DNA of 64,000 nt, taken from positions 9,043 to 73,042 of the forward strand of contig NDHY01000001.1 of the NCBI GenBank assembly GCA_003574845.1, written 5' to 3'. The stretch comes from a candidate division NPL-UPA2 bacterium Unc8. Lineage in GTDB: Bacteria > NPL-UPA2. Below the pieces are notes generated by a model. The model saw nothing but the letters and a program-made list of their open reading frames with translations, searched no databases and had not been told where the DNA came from. A program made the translations under genes and the position numbers. Shown here in pieces: positions 20,035 to 28,560 of the stretch. Positions within the stretch are counted from its first letter, which is position 1. Each line of letters starts with the position of its first letter.

Positions 20035-21006
20035 ATGATTAAAAGAGATGTGCCCACTAATACCCAAGATCTAACACCTAAGACCTTATTAGTTACCGGT
20101 GGAGCAGGATTTATTGGCTCCCGGGTTGCTGCCAGTTTTGCAAATGAAGGGTATAGAGTTGTAATTGTTGATGACCTCTCAACCGGCAAAAGGGAAAATA
20201 TTCCCCGGGGAATAAAATTTTATCACCTTGACATATGCAATAATGTAGAGTTAGAGAAGGTATTCAGTAAGGAGAAGCCGCAGTATGTCAGCCATCACGC
20301 AGCCCAGATAAATGTGCGAAGGTCTGTGTCAGACCCCTGCTTTGATGCTCAAATCAACATATTAGGAATGATAAATGTGCTGGAAAATTGCCGACGCCAC
20401 AACGCTCGCAGAATAGTTTTTGCCTCTTCAGGAGGAGTGCTTTATGGAGAGGGGGAGGACCTTCCGTTTGACGAAAAATCTCCCCTTCAGCCCTTCTCTC
20501 CCTACGGGGCAAGTAAATGCAGCGGAGAGCATTATCTTCATTGTTATGCCCAACTCTATGATCTTGAGTTTATCTCGCTGAGGTACAGCAACGTCTACGG
20601 CCCCGGACAGGACCCATCAGGAGAAGCAGGAGTTATTGCCATCTTTATCCTAACAATGCTAAAAGGAACTTTGCCAACTATCTTTGGCGACGGAGAACAG
20701 CTCCGCGACTACGTTTATATTGACGATATTGTTATGGCAAATAAGCTGGCACTAAAAAAAGGAGGCAGGAGCGCTTTTAATATTGGAACCGGGCGGCCTA
20801 CTTCGGTCAATGAATTGTTTAGAATGATTGCCAGAGAAATAGGATTTCCCAATAAGCCGATTTATGCTCCCTGCCGGCAGGGAGAAATATTAAAAAACTG
20901 TCTTGACATCGCAAGAGCCGAAGTCCTTCTTGACTGGAAGCCAACAATTCAACTGGAAGAAGGGATAAAAAAAACAATAGCTTCTTTTAAAAAAAAATAT
21001 GTATGA
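20035..21006 (+). CDS. NAD-dependent epimerase/dehydratase (UDP-glucose 4-epimerase-like)
   Basis: VTGGAGFIGS, YGASK, NVYGPGQ and GEAGVIAIF motifs. Confidence 0.88.
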   Translation: MIKRDVPTNTQDLTPKTLLVTGGAGFIGSRVAASFANEGYRVVIVDDLSTGKRENIPRGIKFYHLDICNNVELEKVFSKEKPQYVSHHAAQINVRRSVSDPCFDAQINILGMINVLENCRRHNARRIVFASSGGVLYGEGEDLPFDEKSPLQPFSPYGASKCSGEHYLHCYAQLYDLEFISLRYSNVYGPGQDPSGEAGVIAIFILTMLKGTLPTIFGDGEQLRDYVYIDDIVMANKLALKKGGRSAFNIGTGRPTSVNELFRMIAREIGFPNKPIYAPCRQGEILKNCLDIARAEVLLDWKPTIQLEEGIKKTIASFKKKYV

Positions 21007-21946
21007 CATTATTATTATTGGTGGAGGACCAGCGGGATTAACCGCCGGGATTTATGCTTCCCGTTTTATGTTACGTGTTTTATTAATCGCTGAGATAATT
21101 GGCGGCCAGGCAGCATCAACTGACCTTGTTGAGAACTACCCGGGATTTCCCGAAGGAATATCCGGACCAGAGCTTACTGAAAAGATGCTCAGACAGGCCA
21201 GAAGATTTGGGGTGGATGTAATCCATGAAAGAGTTGTTGAGCTAAAAAATGCCGCCTCAAACCCAAAGATAGTGAAAACAGAAACCGGAAAGCATGAAGC
21301 GGCGGCAATTATTGTTGCCACTGGCGGAGAGCCACAGAAACTGAAAATTGCAGGCGAGAGGAGACTTTCAGGAAAAGGCGTTTCTTACTGTGTTAGCTGC
21401 GACGGCCCGCTATTTCGCAACAAGGAAGTCATCGTCGTTGGTGGTGGTGATAGAGCCATCAGCGGGGCTCTCTTTCTAAGCCAATTAGCCAAAAAAGTTA
21501 CCCTGATACACAGGAGGGAAGGCTTAAGAGCAGCCGAAATCCTTGAAAAACGCGCTCTTGTTAACAAAAAAATAGAGTTCATCCGCTCCGCAGCGGCAAC
21601 CGAGGTCATAGGGAGTGGAACAGTGGAAAAAGTAAAGATAAAAAATGTGCGTTCAGGGGAAGAAAAATATATTTCTGCTCAGGGCATATTCATCCTCATT
21701 GGCACCAAACCCAATACGAACTTCCTGCGGGAGACTATCTCTTGCAGTAAAGATGGATACATTGTTACAAATGAAGACCTGATGGCCTCAGAAAGTGGAG
21801 TCTATGCTTGTGGAGACTGTCGCCAGGGGTCACTACATCAAATAGTAGCTGCTGCTGCCGAGGGAACAATTGCTGCCTCTGCCGCATACAAATACATGAG
21901 TAAAGAAAGGCACACAGGCACAGAGGCACAAAGAAATAAGTCGTAA
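20999..21946 (+). CDS. trxB: Thioredoxin reductase
   Basis: GGGPAGLTA, VENYPGF, GVSYCVSCDG and VVGGGD motifs; repeat-encoded tail HTGTEAQRNKS. Confidence 0.92.
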   Translation: MYDIIIIGGGPAGLTAGIYASRFMLRVLLIAEIIGGQAASTDLVENYPGFPEGISGPELTEKMLRQARRFGVDVIHERVVELKNAASNPKIVKTETGKHEAAAIIVATGGEPQKLKIAGERRLSGKGVSYCVSCDGPLFRNKEVIVVGGGDRAISGALFLSQLAKKVTLIHRREGLRAAEILEKRALVNKKIEFIRSAAATEVIGSGTVEKVKIKNVRSGEEKYISAQGIFILIGTKPNTNFLRETISCSKDGYIVTNEDLMASESGVYACGDCRQGSLHQIVAAAAEGTIAASAAYKYMSKERHTGTEAQRNKS

Positions 21947-22058
21947 GTAGTAAGTGGTAAGCAGAGAGAGATGAAATTGGAAATTGGTAACCATTGACCA
22001 TAGACCATAGACCATTTACCATTCACCAGTTACCAACAAGGTAGCGGTGCGATTTCCG
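21908..22058. repeat. Modular repeat spacer trxB-aspS
   Basis: Blocks GGCACAGA, GTAAGT(A/G), GAAATTG and GACCAT(A/T). Confidence 0.85.
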
Positions 22059-23363
22059 ATGATTAAAAGAATATTGGCTATAGAAGTAAAGGAATATATT
22101 GGGAAAGAAGTTCTGCTTCAAGGCTGGGTGCACAGAATAAGGCAGTTAGGGCAGGTTTCTTTCATCATCCTTCGCGACCGCTCAGGGATAGTGCAAACAG
22201 TAGCCGAGGAAGGAGTAGTCGCCTTTCCCGGGCTTTCCAACGAATCTATCGTTATAATTAGAGGAAAGGTATCTGCTGATGCTCGTGCCCCGGGGGGGGT
22301 TGAGGTTCGCGTTAGAGACATTGACATTCTCAGCCAGGCGCTTGACACACCTCCAATTGAAATAAATAAAAAAATTGACCTTCTAAAGACAAATCTTGAT
22401 ACGCTCCTCACTTTCCGCGCCGTCTGTCTAAGGAATCCTGACATCTTATCAATATTTAAGGTTCAAGCCGAACTTATAAGAGCATTTCGTCAGTTCTTAA
22501 TACAGGAGAACTTTACTGAAATCCATACCCCCAAGATTGTCGCTACTGGCACAGAGGGAGGGGCAGAGCTTTTTTCGGTGCGCTATTTTGAACAGAATGT
22601 CTACCTTGCCCAGAGTCCCCAGTTCTACAAGCAGATAATGGTAGGAAGCGGACTTGAGAGAGTATTTGAGGTTGGGCATGCTTACCGCGCCGAAGACCAT
22701 AACACTACCAGGCACCTGAATGAATATGTCAGCCTTGACCTGGAGATGGGATTCATAGAGAATGAGCAAGATGTCATTGAATTGCAAAAAAAACTAATTC
22801 AGTTTATGTTCACCGAGGTTAGTTCAAATTGTGCCGCGGAGTTGAAGTTGTATAAGGTAAAGACGCCGCAGTTTAAAGACATTCCGCAACTTACTCTCAT
22901 TGAAGCAAAGGAAATACTGCGCTCAAAGTGCAACAAAGACCTCAAGGAAGCGCCAGACTTAGACCCTGAAGGAGAACGGCTTCTTTGCCAATACATAAAG
23001 AAGAATACTGGCGAAGGGCTTGTCTATATTACAAGTTATCCAATCTCAAAGCGCCCGTTTTATACGATGCCAAGAGAAGATAACCCTGAGGTAAGTCGCA
23101 GCTTTGACCTTCTCTACGATGGAGAAGAAATCACAACTGGCGGGCAGCGCATTCATAATTACGGGCAATTGATTAAAAAAATGAAAGAAGCCGGGCTTAA
23201 TGAAAAAGACTTTGATTTTTACTTGCAAGCCTTTAAATATGGCATGCCTCCTCACGGAGGGCTGGCAATCGGAACTGAAAGAATTACCAAGCAGTTACTC
23301 GGGTTAGGGAATATCAGAGAGGCAAGTCTCTTTCCACGTGATAGAACGCGAGTTGCACCTTGA
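22059..23363 (+). CDS. aspS: Aspartate-tRNA(Asp/Asn) ligase, short non-discriminating/archaeal type
   Basis: About 435 aa with no GAD insertion; LAQSPQFYKQ, YRAE..HNTTRHLNE and GMPPHGG motifs. Start could be GTG 22047. Confidence 0.9.
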   Translation: MIKRILAIEVKEYIGKEVLLQGWVHRIRQLGQVSFIILRDRSGIVQTVAEEGVVAFPGLSNESIVIIRGKVSADARAPGGVEVRVRDIDILSQALDTPPIEINKKIDLLKTNLDTLLTFRAVCLRNPDILSIFKVQAELIRAFRQFLIQENFTEIHTPKIVATGTEGGAELFSVRYFEQNVYLAQSPQFYKQIMVGSGLERVFEVGHAYRAEDHNTTRHLNEYVSLDLEMGFIENEQDVIELQKKLIQFMFTEVSSNCAAELKLYKVKTPQFKDIPQLTLIEAKEILRSKCNKDLKEAPDLDPEGERLLCQYIKKNTGEGLVYITSYPISKRPFYTMPREDNPEVSRSFDLLYDGEEITTGGQRIHNYGQLIKKMKEAGLNEKDFDFYLQAFKYGMPPHGGLAIGTERITKQLLGLGNIREASLFPRDRTRVAP

Positions 23364-23371
23364 ACATTCAT

Positions 23372-23444
23372 AGCCCACGAGAGGGATTGAACCTCCGACC
23401 TGAGCTTTACGAAAGCCCTGCTCTACCAGCTGAGCTACGTGGGC
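23372..23444 (-). tRNA. tRNA-Thr(CGT), no encoded CCA
   Basis: GCCCACG acceptor stem, AGCTCAGCTGGTAGAGC D arm, anticodon loop TT-CGT-AA, GGTTCAATCC T arm. Confidence 0.95.
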
Positions 23445-23451
23445 AGAGTGA

Positions 23452-23524
23452 TGCCGAGACCCGGAATTGAACCGGGGACGCCGGGATTTTCAGTCCCGCG
23501 CTCTACCGACTGAGCTATCTCGGC
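23452..23524 (-). tRNA. tRNA-Phe(GAA), no encoded CCA
   Basis: GCCGAGA acceptor stem, CT-GAA-AA loop, GGTTCAATTCC T arm. Confidence 0.96.
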
Positions 23525-23535
23525 TGGCGTGAGAA

Positions 23536-23564
23536 AGATTATTATAAACAGTTCTATAAGTCAA
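23536..23564 (-). promoter_or_regulatory. Putative promoter of tRNA-Phe/Thr
   Basis: TTGACT-N17-TAATCT on the minus strand, just upstream of tRNA-Phe. Confidence 0.55.
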
Positions 23565-23586
23565 GTATTTTTGAGCGAGGGATAGG

Positions 23587-24024
23587 ATGGAAGTGCTAAT
23601 CAAGAATCTGCAAAGAGCAATAAAAATAGAAAAAAGCATAATTGAAAAGGCAGCAAGGAAAGCATTGAGCTGCGAGAAGAGACAGGGGGCTAAGGTGAGT
23701 ATAGCTCTTGTGAATGATGACCGGATGAGGAGGCTTAACAAAAGATATCGTTCAATTGATGAAACTACCGATGTCCTTGCCTTTGCAATGAGCGAAGGGG
23801 ACGCTGTCGGGCGCAATCCTGAGCTTCTTGGAGATGTAGTCATCTCACTCCCCCAGGTGTTAAAGCAGGCAAAAAAACTCAAAATTTCTTTTGATGAAGA
23901 GGTAAGTCGCCTGCTTATTCATGGCATCCTTCATCTATTGGGATACGATGACCAGAGTGCTCCTCAAAAGAAAAAGATGGAAGAAAGACAAGAAGCAATA
24001 TTAAAGGAGTTAAAAAAGATATGA
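23587..24024 (+). CDS. ybeY: rRNA maturation RNase YbeY
   Basis: TDVLAF, LGDVVIS and HGILHLLGYD motifs (the last conserved His appears as Asp). Confidence 0.92.
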   Translation: MEVLIKNLQRAIKIEKSIIEKAARKALSCEKRQGAKVSIALVNDDRMRRLNKRYRSIDETTDVLAFAMSEGDAVGRNPELLGDVVISLPQVLKQAKKLKISFDEEVSRLLIHGILHLLGYDDQSAPQKKKMEERQEAILKELKKI

Positions 24025-24704
24025 AGAGAATTTTTACAAAACTGAGGAGAAGTTTTTTTGCCGGACTTCTAATCATACTCCCGGTTACCATCACAATGGT
24101 AATACTTAATTTTCTCTACCGGTTGATTATCATCCCCATTACGTACAGGATAAGACCCCTTATCTTCTTTATATCTCCAGAAGGAATTGATGAGATTTTA
24201 AGAAGATACATCTATCTCTGGGATATTTTTTCTATTCTGCTTCTGGTCTTTGGTATTGCCCTCGTTGGAGTTATTGCTCGCAGCAGCATTATAGCACGCT
24301 GGCTAATCAGATCCGGCGAGAGGTTTCTTGCCCGACTACCCTTAATTAACAAGATTTATAGTGCCATCCAGCAAATAAGCCAGGCAATCTTAGGAGAAAA
24401 AAAGTCAAGTTTTAAGAAGGCGGTTCTTCTTGAATACCCAAGGAAAGGACTTTGGTGCATTGGGCTTGTTTCCAACGATATTATCAGCGGGGAAGTCCAA
24501 AAAAAAACAGAGAAAAAGATGATTAGTGTCTTCCTGCCCACTACTCCCAATCCTACCTCCGGGCTTTATGTCCTTATGCCCGAGGAAGATACAATTCCCT
24601 TAAAAATGAGCATTGACGAGGCGCTGACAATGATTGTCTCGGTAGGAGTGGTTACTCCCCCTGATGATGAGGAAACTGGAAAAAGACCGTGGAGGCCTGA
24701 ATAA
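24021..24704 (+). CDS. DUF502-like membrane protein
   Basis: FFAGLLIILPVTIT, LEYPRKG and FLPTTPNPTSG motifs. Confidence 0.88.
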   Translation: MKRIFTKLRRSFFAGLLIILPVTITMVILNFLYRLIIIPITYRIRPLIFFISPEGIDEILRRYIYLWDIFSILLLVFGIALVGVIARSSIIARWLIRSGERFLARLPLINKIYSAIQQISQAILGEKKSSFKKAVLLEYPRKGLWCIGLVSNDIISGEVQKKTEKKMISVFLPTTPNPTSGLYVLMPEEDTIPLKMSIDEALTMIVSVGVVTPPDDEETGKRPWRPE

Positions 24705-26038
24705 TGCATGCTACAGAAGAAAAGACCATGGTAATTAAAAGCTATCTTTCCCGCGGCGAGAAGAATAAATTAATGCAATTCGCGCAGGACAATCATCCTG
24801 CTGACATGGCTACTATCCAGGAGCATCTTGAGAGAGAAGAAAGAAGCCATTTCTTTTCTATTATCAGTCCTGAGAGAGCTGCCCTTATTCTGCCGGAAAT
24901 GGAACCGATATTGAGGAAAGAACTATTGTGGGAAATGGAAGAAACGACCATCTCCCGCATCTTAGAGAAAATGTCCTCTCATGACGCAACCGATATCTTA
25001 GAAGAACTTCCTGAGAAGTGGAGGCAGCAACTACTTGACCTTATGAAGCAGGAGAAGGCTGAAGACATTGATGAACTGTTAGGATACAAAGAAAATACAG
25101 CAGGAAGAATAATGATTCCTGAGTTCTTCTCCCTTAATTCAGAGATGCGCGTTGCTGAAGCAATAGATGAACTGCGGAAAACAAATATCCATGATATTCC
25201 CTATGTATACATTACCAACGACGGCTATCTTATCGGAGTCCTCTCGCTAAGAAACTTGATTGCCGCTGCTCCAGACACTAAGCTAAGTAAGATTGCTAAT
25301 AAAGATATTGTGCGTGTAACAGTTGAAGTTGACCAGGAAGAGGTAGCAAATCTGGTGAGAAAATACGACCTCCGGGCAATCCCTGTCGTTGACCTGACAA
25401 ACAAACTGGTTGGAATAGTAACAATTGATGACATATTGGATATTGTCACAGAGGAGGCAAGCAAAGACATCTATTATATGGCAGGGATAAAGGAGGATGG
25501 CTTGCTTCACCACTCTATCTCCACTGCTACTCGCCTTCGGCTTCCCTGGCTTGTTATTTGTCTCATTGGTGGAATGGTTGCTGCAGGGGTAATTGGAGCC
25601 TTTGAAGAAACTCTTGCCGCTGTAGCTATACTCGTTGCCTTTATGCCGGTGATTATGGCTATGGGAGGTAACATAGGAACGCAATCTTCAACGATTGTTA
25701 CCAGAGGATTAGCTACCGGCAGCATTGACACAAGAGGCGCCTGGAAGCTTCTGTGGCGAGAGCTGCGCATTGGATTATCAATAGGAGCTATCTGTGGAGT
25801 TGTTGTCGGAGTGATTGCTCAAATATGGAAAGGAACTCCGCATCTGGGGATAGTAGTAGGAGCTTCAATGGCCGCAACCATTGTGGTGGCCGCCATTTTA
25901 GGAGCATTTTTTCCTATTTTTTTTCAACGCATCGGGGTGGACCCGGCAATAGCTTCCGGCCCTGCAATTACCACCATCAAGGACATTACCGGACTCCTTA
26001 TCTACTTCGGCATAGCTACCCTGATTATAGGACCCTAA
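24704..26038 (+). CDS. mgtE: Magnesium transporter MgtE
   Basis: HPAD, TAGRIM, CBS pair, RLPWL, MGGNIGTQ and DPAIASGP motifs. Confidence 0.95.
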   Translation: MHATEEKTMVIKSYLSRGEKNKLMQFAQDNHPADMATIQEHLEREERSHFFSIISPERAALILPEMEPILRKELLWEMEETTISRILEKMSSHDATDILEELPEKWRQQLLDLMKQEKAEDIDELLGYKENTAGRIMIPEFFSLNSEMRVAEAIDELRKTNIHDIPYVYITNDGYLIGVLSLRNLIAAAPDTKLSKIANKDIVRVTVEVDQEEVANLVRKYDLRAIPVVDLTNKLVGIVTIDDILDIVTEEASKDIYYMAGIKEDGLLHHSISTATRLRLPWLVICLIGGMVAAGVIGAFEETLAAVAILVAFMPVIMAMGGNIGTQSSTIVTRGLATGSIDTRGAWKLLWRELRIGLSIGAICGVVVGVIAQIWKGTPHLGIVVGASMAATIVVAAILGAFFPIFFQRIGVDPAIASGPAITTIKDITGLLIYFGIATLIIGP

Positions 26039-26053
26039 GAACGTAAATTAGAG

Positions 26054-26827
26054 ATGGCTGTACGGGAAACTGAAGCAATCGTCATTCGGGTGAGAAAATG
26101 GGGAGAATCCAACTTGATAGTTACATTCTATGGACGCTCTTGTGGAAAGATTACTGCCATTGCCTGGAGAGCAAGAAAACAAGGTAGCCCCTTTAACATC
26201 AACCTGGAATTGTTTACCTATCTGCATTTAACCTATTACGATAAAGAACCGCCCCGCGAGTTAGGGATAATTAATCAAACAAGTGTAATAAAACCATTTT
26301 ATGAACTGCGAGGAAATATCTTAAAGTTATCAGTCGCATCTTACCTGACAGAACTTGTTGATATGGGAGTGAAAGGGAAAGAAAGGAATGAATCTCTATT
26401 CGAGCTGTTGCTTGCAACTTTGCACTCACTTCAGAACGGTTGCGACCCTGAGCTTCTCATCTCATTTTTTGAGCTCCACCTGCTGGGGATTCTCGGATAT
26501 AGACTCCGCCTTAACACCTGCACCTCCTGCCAGAAGGAGTTCATCCCCGACTACTCCAATACCAGAAAAAGACTGGAAATTGACCTCGATTGTGGAGGTA
26601 TTTCCTGCACCTCCTGCCTAAAGAATAACGGTGCCCCTATTTCCTATGGTATCATCGCAGTAATGAGATATTTAGAAAGAACAGAGATAGGGAGAGTTGG
26701 GAATCTGCGGATTTCTCAGGCAATGCGAGAGGAGTTGAGAAAAGCGATGAGCTTTTATGTCTTTCATCTTCTTGGCAAAAAGCCAAAATCTGCCGATATA
26801 CTCAAAAAAGCAATACAGAATGCTTGA
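26054..26827 (+). CDS. recO: DNA repair protein RecO
   Basis: TEAIVIR..WGESNLIV, FFELHLL..LGY and Zn finger CTSC/CTSC. Confidence 0.9.
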   Translation: MAVRETEAIVIRVRKWGESNLIVTFYGRSCGKITAIAWRARKQGSPFNINLELFTYLHLTYYDKEPPRELGIINQTSVIKPFYELRGNILKLSVASYLTELVDMGVKGKERNESLFELLLATLHSLQNGCDPELLISFFELHLLGILGYRLRLNTCTSCQKEFIPDYSNTRKRLEIDLDCGGISCTSCLKNNGAPISYGIIAVMRYLERTEIGRVGNLRISQAMREELRKAMSFYVFHLLGKKPKSADILKKAIQNA

Positions 26828-26834
26828 TTTTCTT

Positions 26835-26908
<74 letters not shown>

Positions 26909-26912
26909 TTAA

Positions 26913-27105
26913 TGGAACCAGAACACCAGTTACTCACAGGGATCAGGGGTCAGGGGTCAGGAGTCAGAACCATTGGGTCATTGAAAATTAATTGAAAATT
27001 AGAAATTGAAAATTGAAAATTGAAAATTGAAAATTAGCTTTAGGCTGTCATTTTACACTTTGTGCCTTTGTGCCTTTGTGCCTCTCTCTACTCTCTACTT
27101 ACGAC
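26913..27105. repeat. Modular repeat spacer after tRNA-Arg
   Basis: Blocks GGGGTCA, GAAAATT and TTTGTGCC; 26972-27008 is identical to 9457-9493. Confidence 0.88.
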
Positions 27106-28251
27106 TTTTTCCAATTGCTTCATAACATGCTCTCTGATCTTCCGGGCGGAGGGAAGCTTGCTTACTACTTCCCCGTTCTTTATCAGTGACTTAAGTAGGT
27201 AGTAGTATCTGCCGCCACATCTACATTTTGTTTTTTCTCTACCCATAGGAATTATTATTGTTTTGTGGCAACTCTCGCAGCGCAAAACTTCCTTTGCCCC
27301 GGATTCTTTGCCCCGCTTGGAGACAGGTTCTCCCTCAATTTCAACTATGTCAAGGGAAAAGTTAATTGTGGGAGCATTACTGAGCGCTGTTCCTATTCCA
27401 TAGGCATCTACCAAAGGATTAAGCCGCTCAATCTCATCTTCGTCAATTCCCCCGCTGACAAAGAGCTTAACATTAGAAAATCCTCTTAAATCAAGCTCCC
27501 ATCTTACTTCCCCTAAGATTTGCTTCATATCGCCTCTTCTTGAGATAGGAGTATCCAGTCGCACGGCAAACAATTTTTTCCCTGCTGCGCGAGCGATGCG
27601 AATCGCCTCAAATTTTTCGTCAGCGAAGGTATCAATAATGGCTACTCTTTTTACTTCAGACGGAGCGGTGCGATCAAGAAGCTTAAATGCTTCAGTTACA
27701 TCTCCCGTCAGCAGAACCAGAGAATGAGGCATTGTTCCAACTGGAACCTCGCCAATGAGTTCAGCGCTTTTGATGCCTGCCACCCCATCACAGCCGCCAA
27801 TAAAGGCGCTTCGTTCAATCATTGGAGCAATTGCCGGGTGCATTCTGCGCGCTCCAAAGCTGATTATCTGCCTTCCTCCTGCTGCCTTTCTACAACGAGC
27901 GGCTTTAGTAGCAATCCCGGAGGCCTGACATAGAAATCCAAGGAGCGGGGTCTCTGCCACAGCAAACTCAAGGTAGCTTCCTTCTATAAGAAGAACTGGC
28001 GTCATCGCTTCAAAAATTGTGCCCTCCTCCATACTGCTGACACTTATCTTCAGCCCTTCTAAAAAATGCGCAGCTTCTTCAATCCCTGCCAACACCGCCC
28101 ACTGCCACTCTAATGGAAGAGAATTGGTTCTAATTTCTGCTTTGATATGTTTGTCAAGCTTTGCTGACTTAAGAGCTGCTATTGCCCGTGAGAAATACAC
28201 ATCAGAAGTCTTTCCTTTTTTAATCTCACTCTCTGTCGCAATATGAAACAT
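27088..28251 (-). CDS. pncB: Nicotinate phosphoribosyltransferase
   Basis: SDVYF, SFGARRMHP, GTMPHS, VRLDTP and VSGG motifs; C-terminal Zn ribbon. Confidence 0.9.
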   Translation of the reverse strand: MFHIATESEIKKGKTSDVYFSRAIAALKSAKLDKHIKAEIRTNSLPLEWQWAVLAGIEEAAHFLEGLKISVSSMEEGTIFEAMTPVLLIEGSYLEFAVAETPLLGFLCQASGIATKAARCRKAAGGRQIISFGARRMHPAIAPMIERSAFIGGCDGVAGIKSAELIGEVPVGTMPHSLVLLTGDVTEAFKLLDRTAPSEVKRVAIIDTFADEKFEAIRIARAAGKKLFAVRLDTPISRRGDMKQILGEVRWELDLRGFSNVKLFVSGGIDEDEIERLNPLVDAYGIGTALSNAPTINFSLDIVEIEGEPVSKRGKESGAKEVLRCESCHKTIIIPMGREKTKCRCGGRYYYLLKSLIKNGEVVSKLPSARKIREHVMKQLEKVVSRE

Positions 28252-28279
28252 CGCTTCTAATCCTGGCTCAAAAATAGAG

Positions 28280-28560
28280 CACCAGTTACAAATTGCAAAC
28301 TCCCTGCCTGCGGCAGGCAGGTAAATCCTACCCTGAACTTGATTCAGGGCTAAACCCTAAACTACTTACTACCTACTACCCACCACTTACCACTTACCAC
28401 TTACCAATTACCAATTACCAATTTCCAATTACCAATTACCAATTTTCAATTTCTAATTTCCATTTTCATCTCTCTCTACTTACCACTTACTACTTACGAC
28501 TTATTTCTCTGTGCCTCTGTGCCTCTGTGCCTCTGTGCCTTTGTGCCTTTGTGCCTTTTT
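28280..28560. repeat. Composite repeat spacer pheT-pncB
   Basis: 75-bp repeat copy followed by C(C/T)ACTTA, CCAATT(A/T) and TGTGCCT(C/T) arrays. Confidence 0.9.

Noticed and set aside
19899-20189. Small ORFs sharing YPELDSGL or MPRCKSGSHRY peptides (also 28293, 42394, 56853)
   Set aside because: They are translations of the dispersed DNA repeats, and most overlap real genes on the opposite strand.
23490-23882. 130-aa minus-strand ORF
   Set aside because: Antisense to ybeY and runs into tRNA-Phe.
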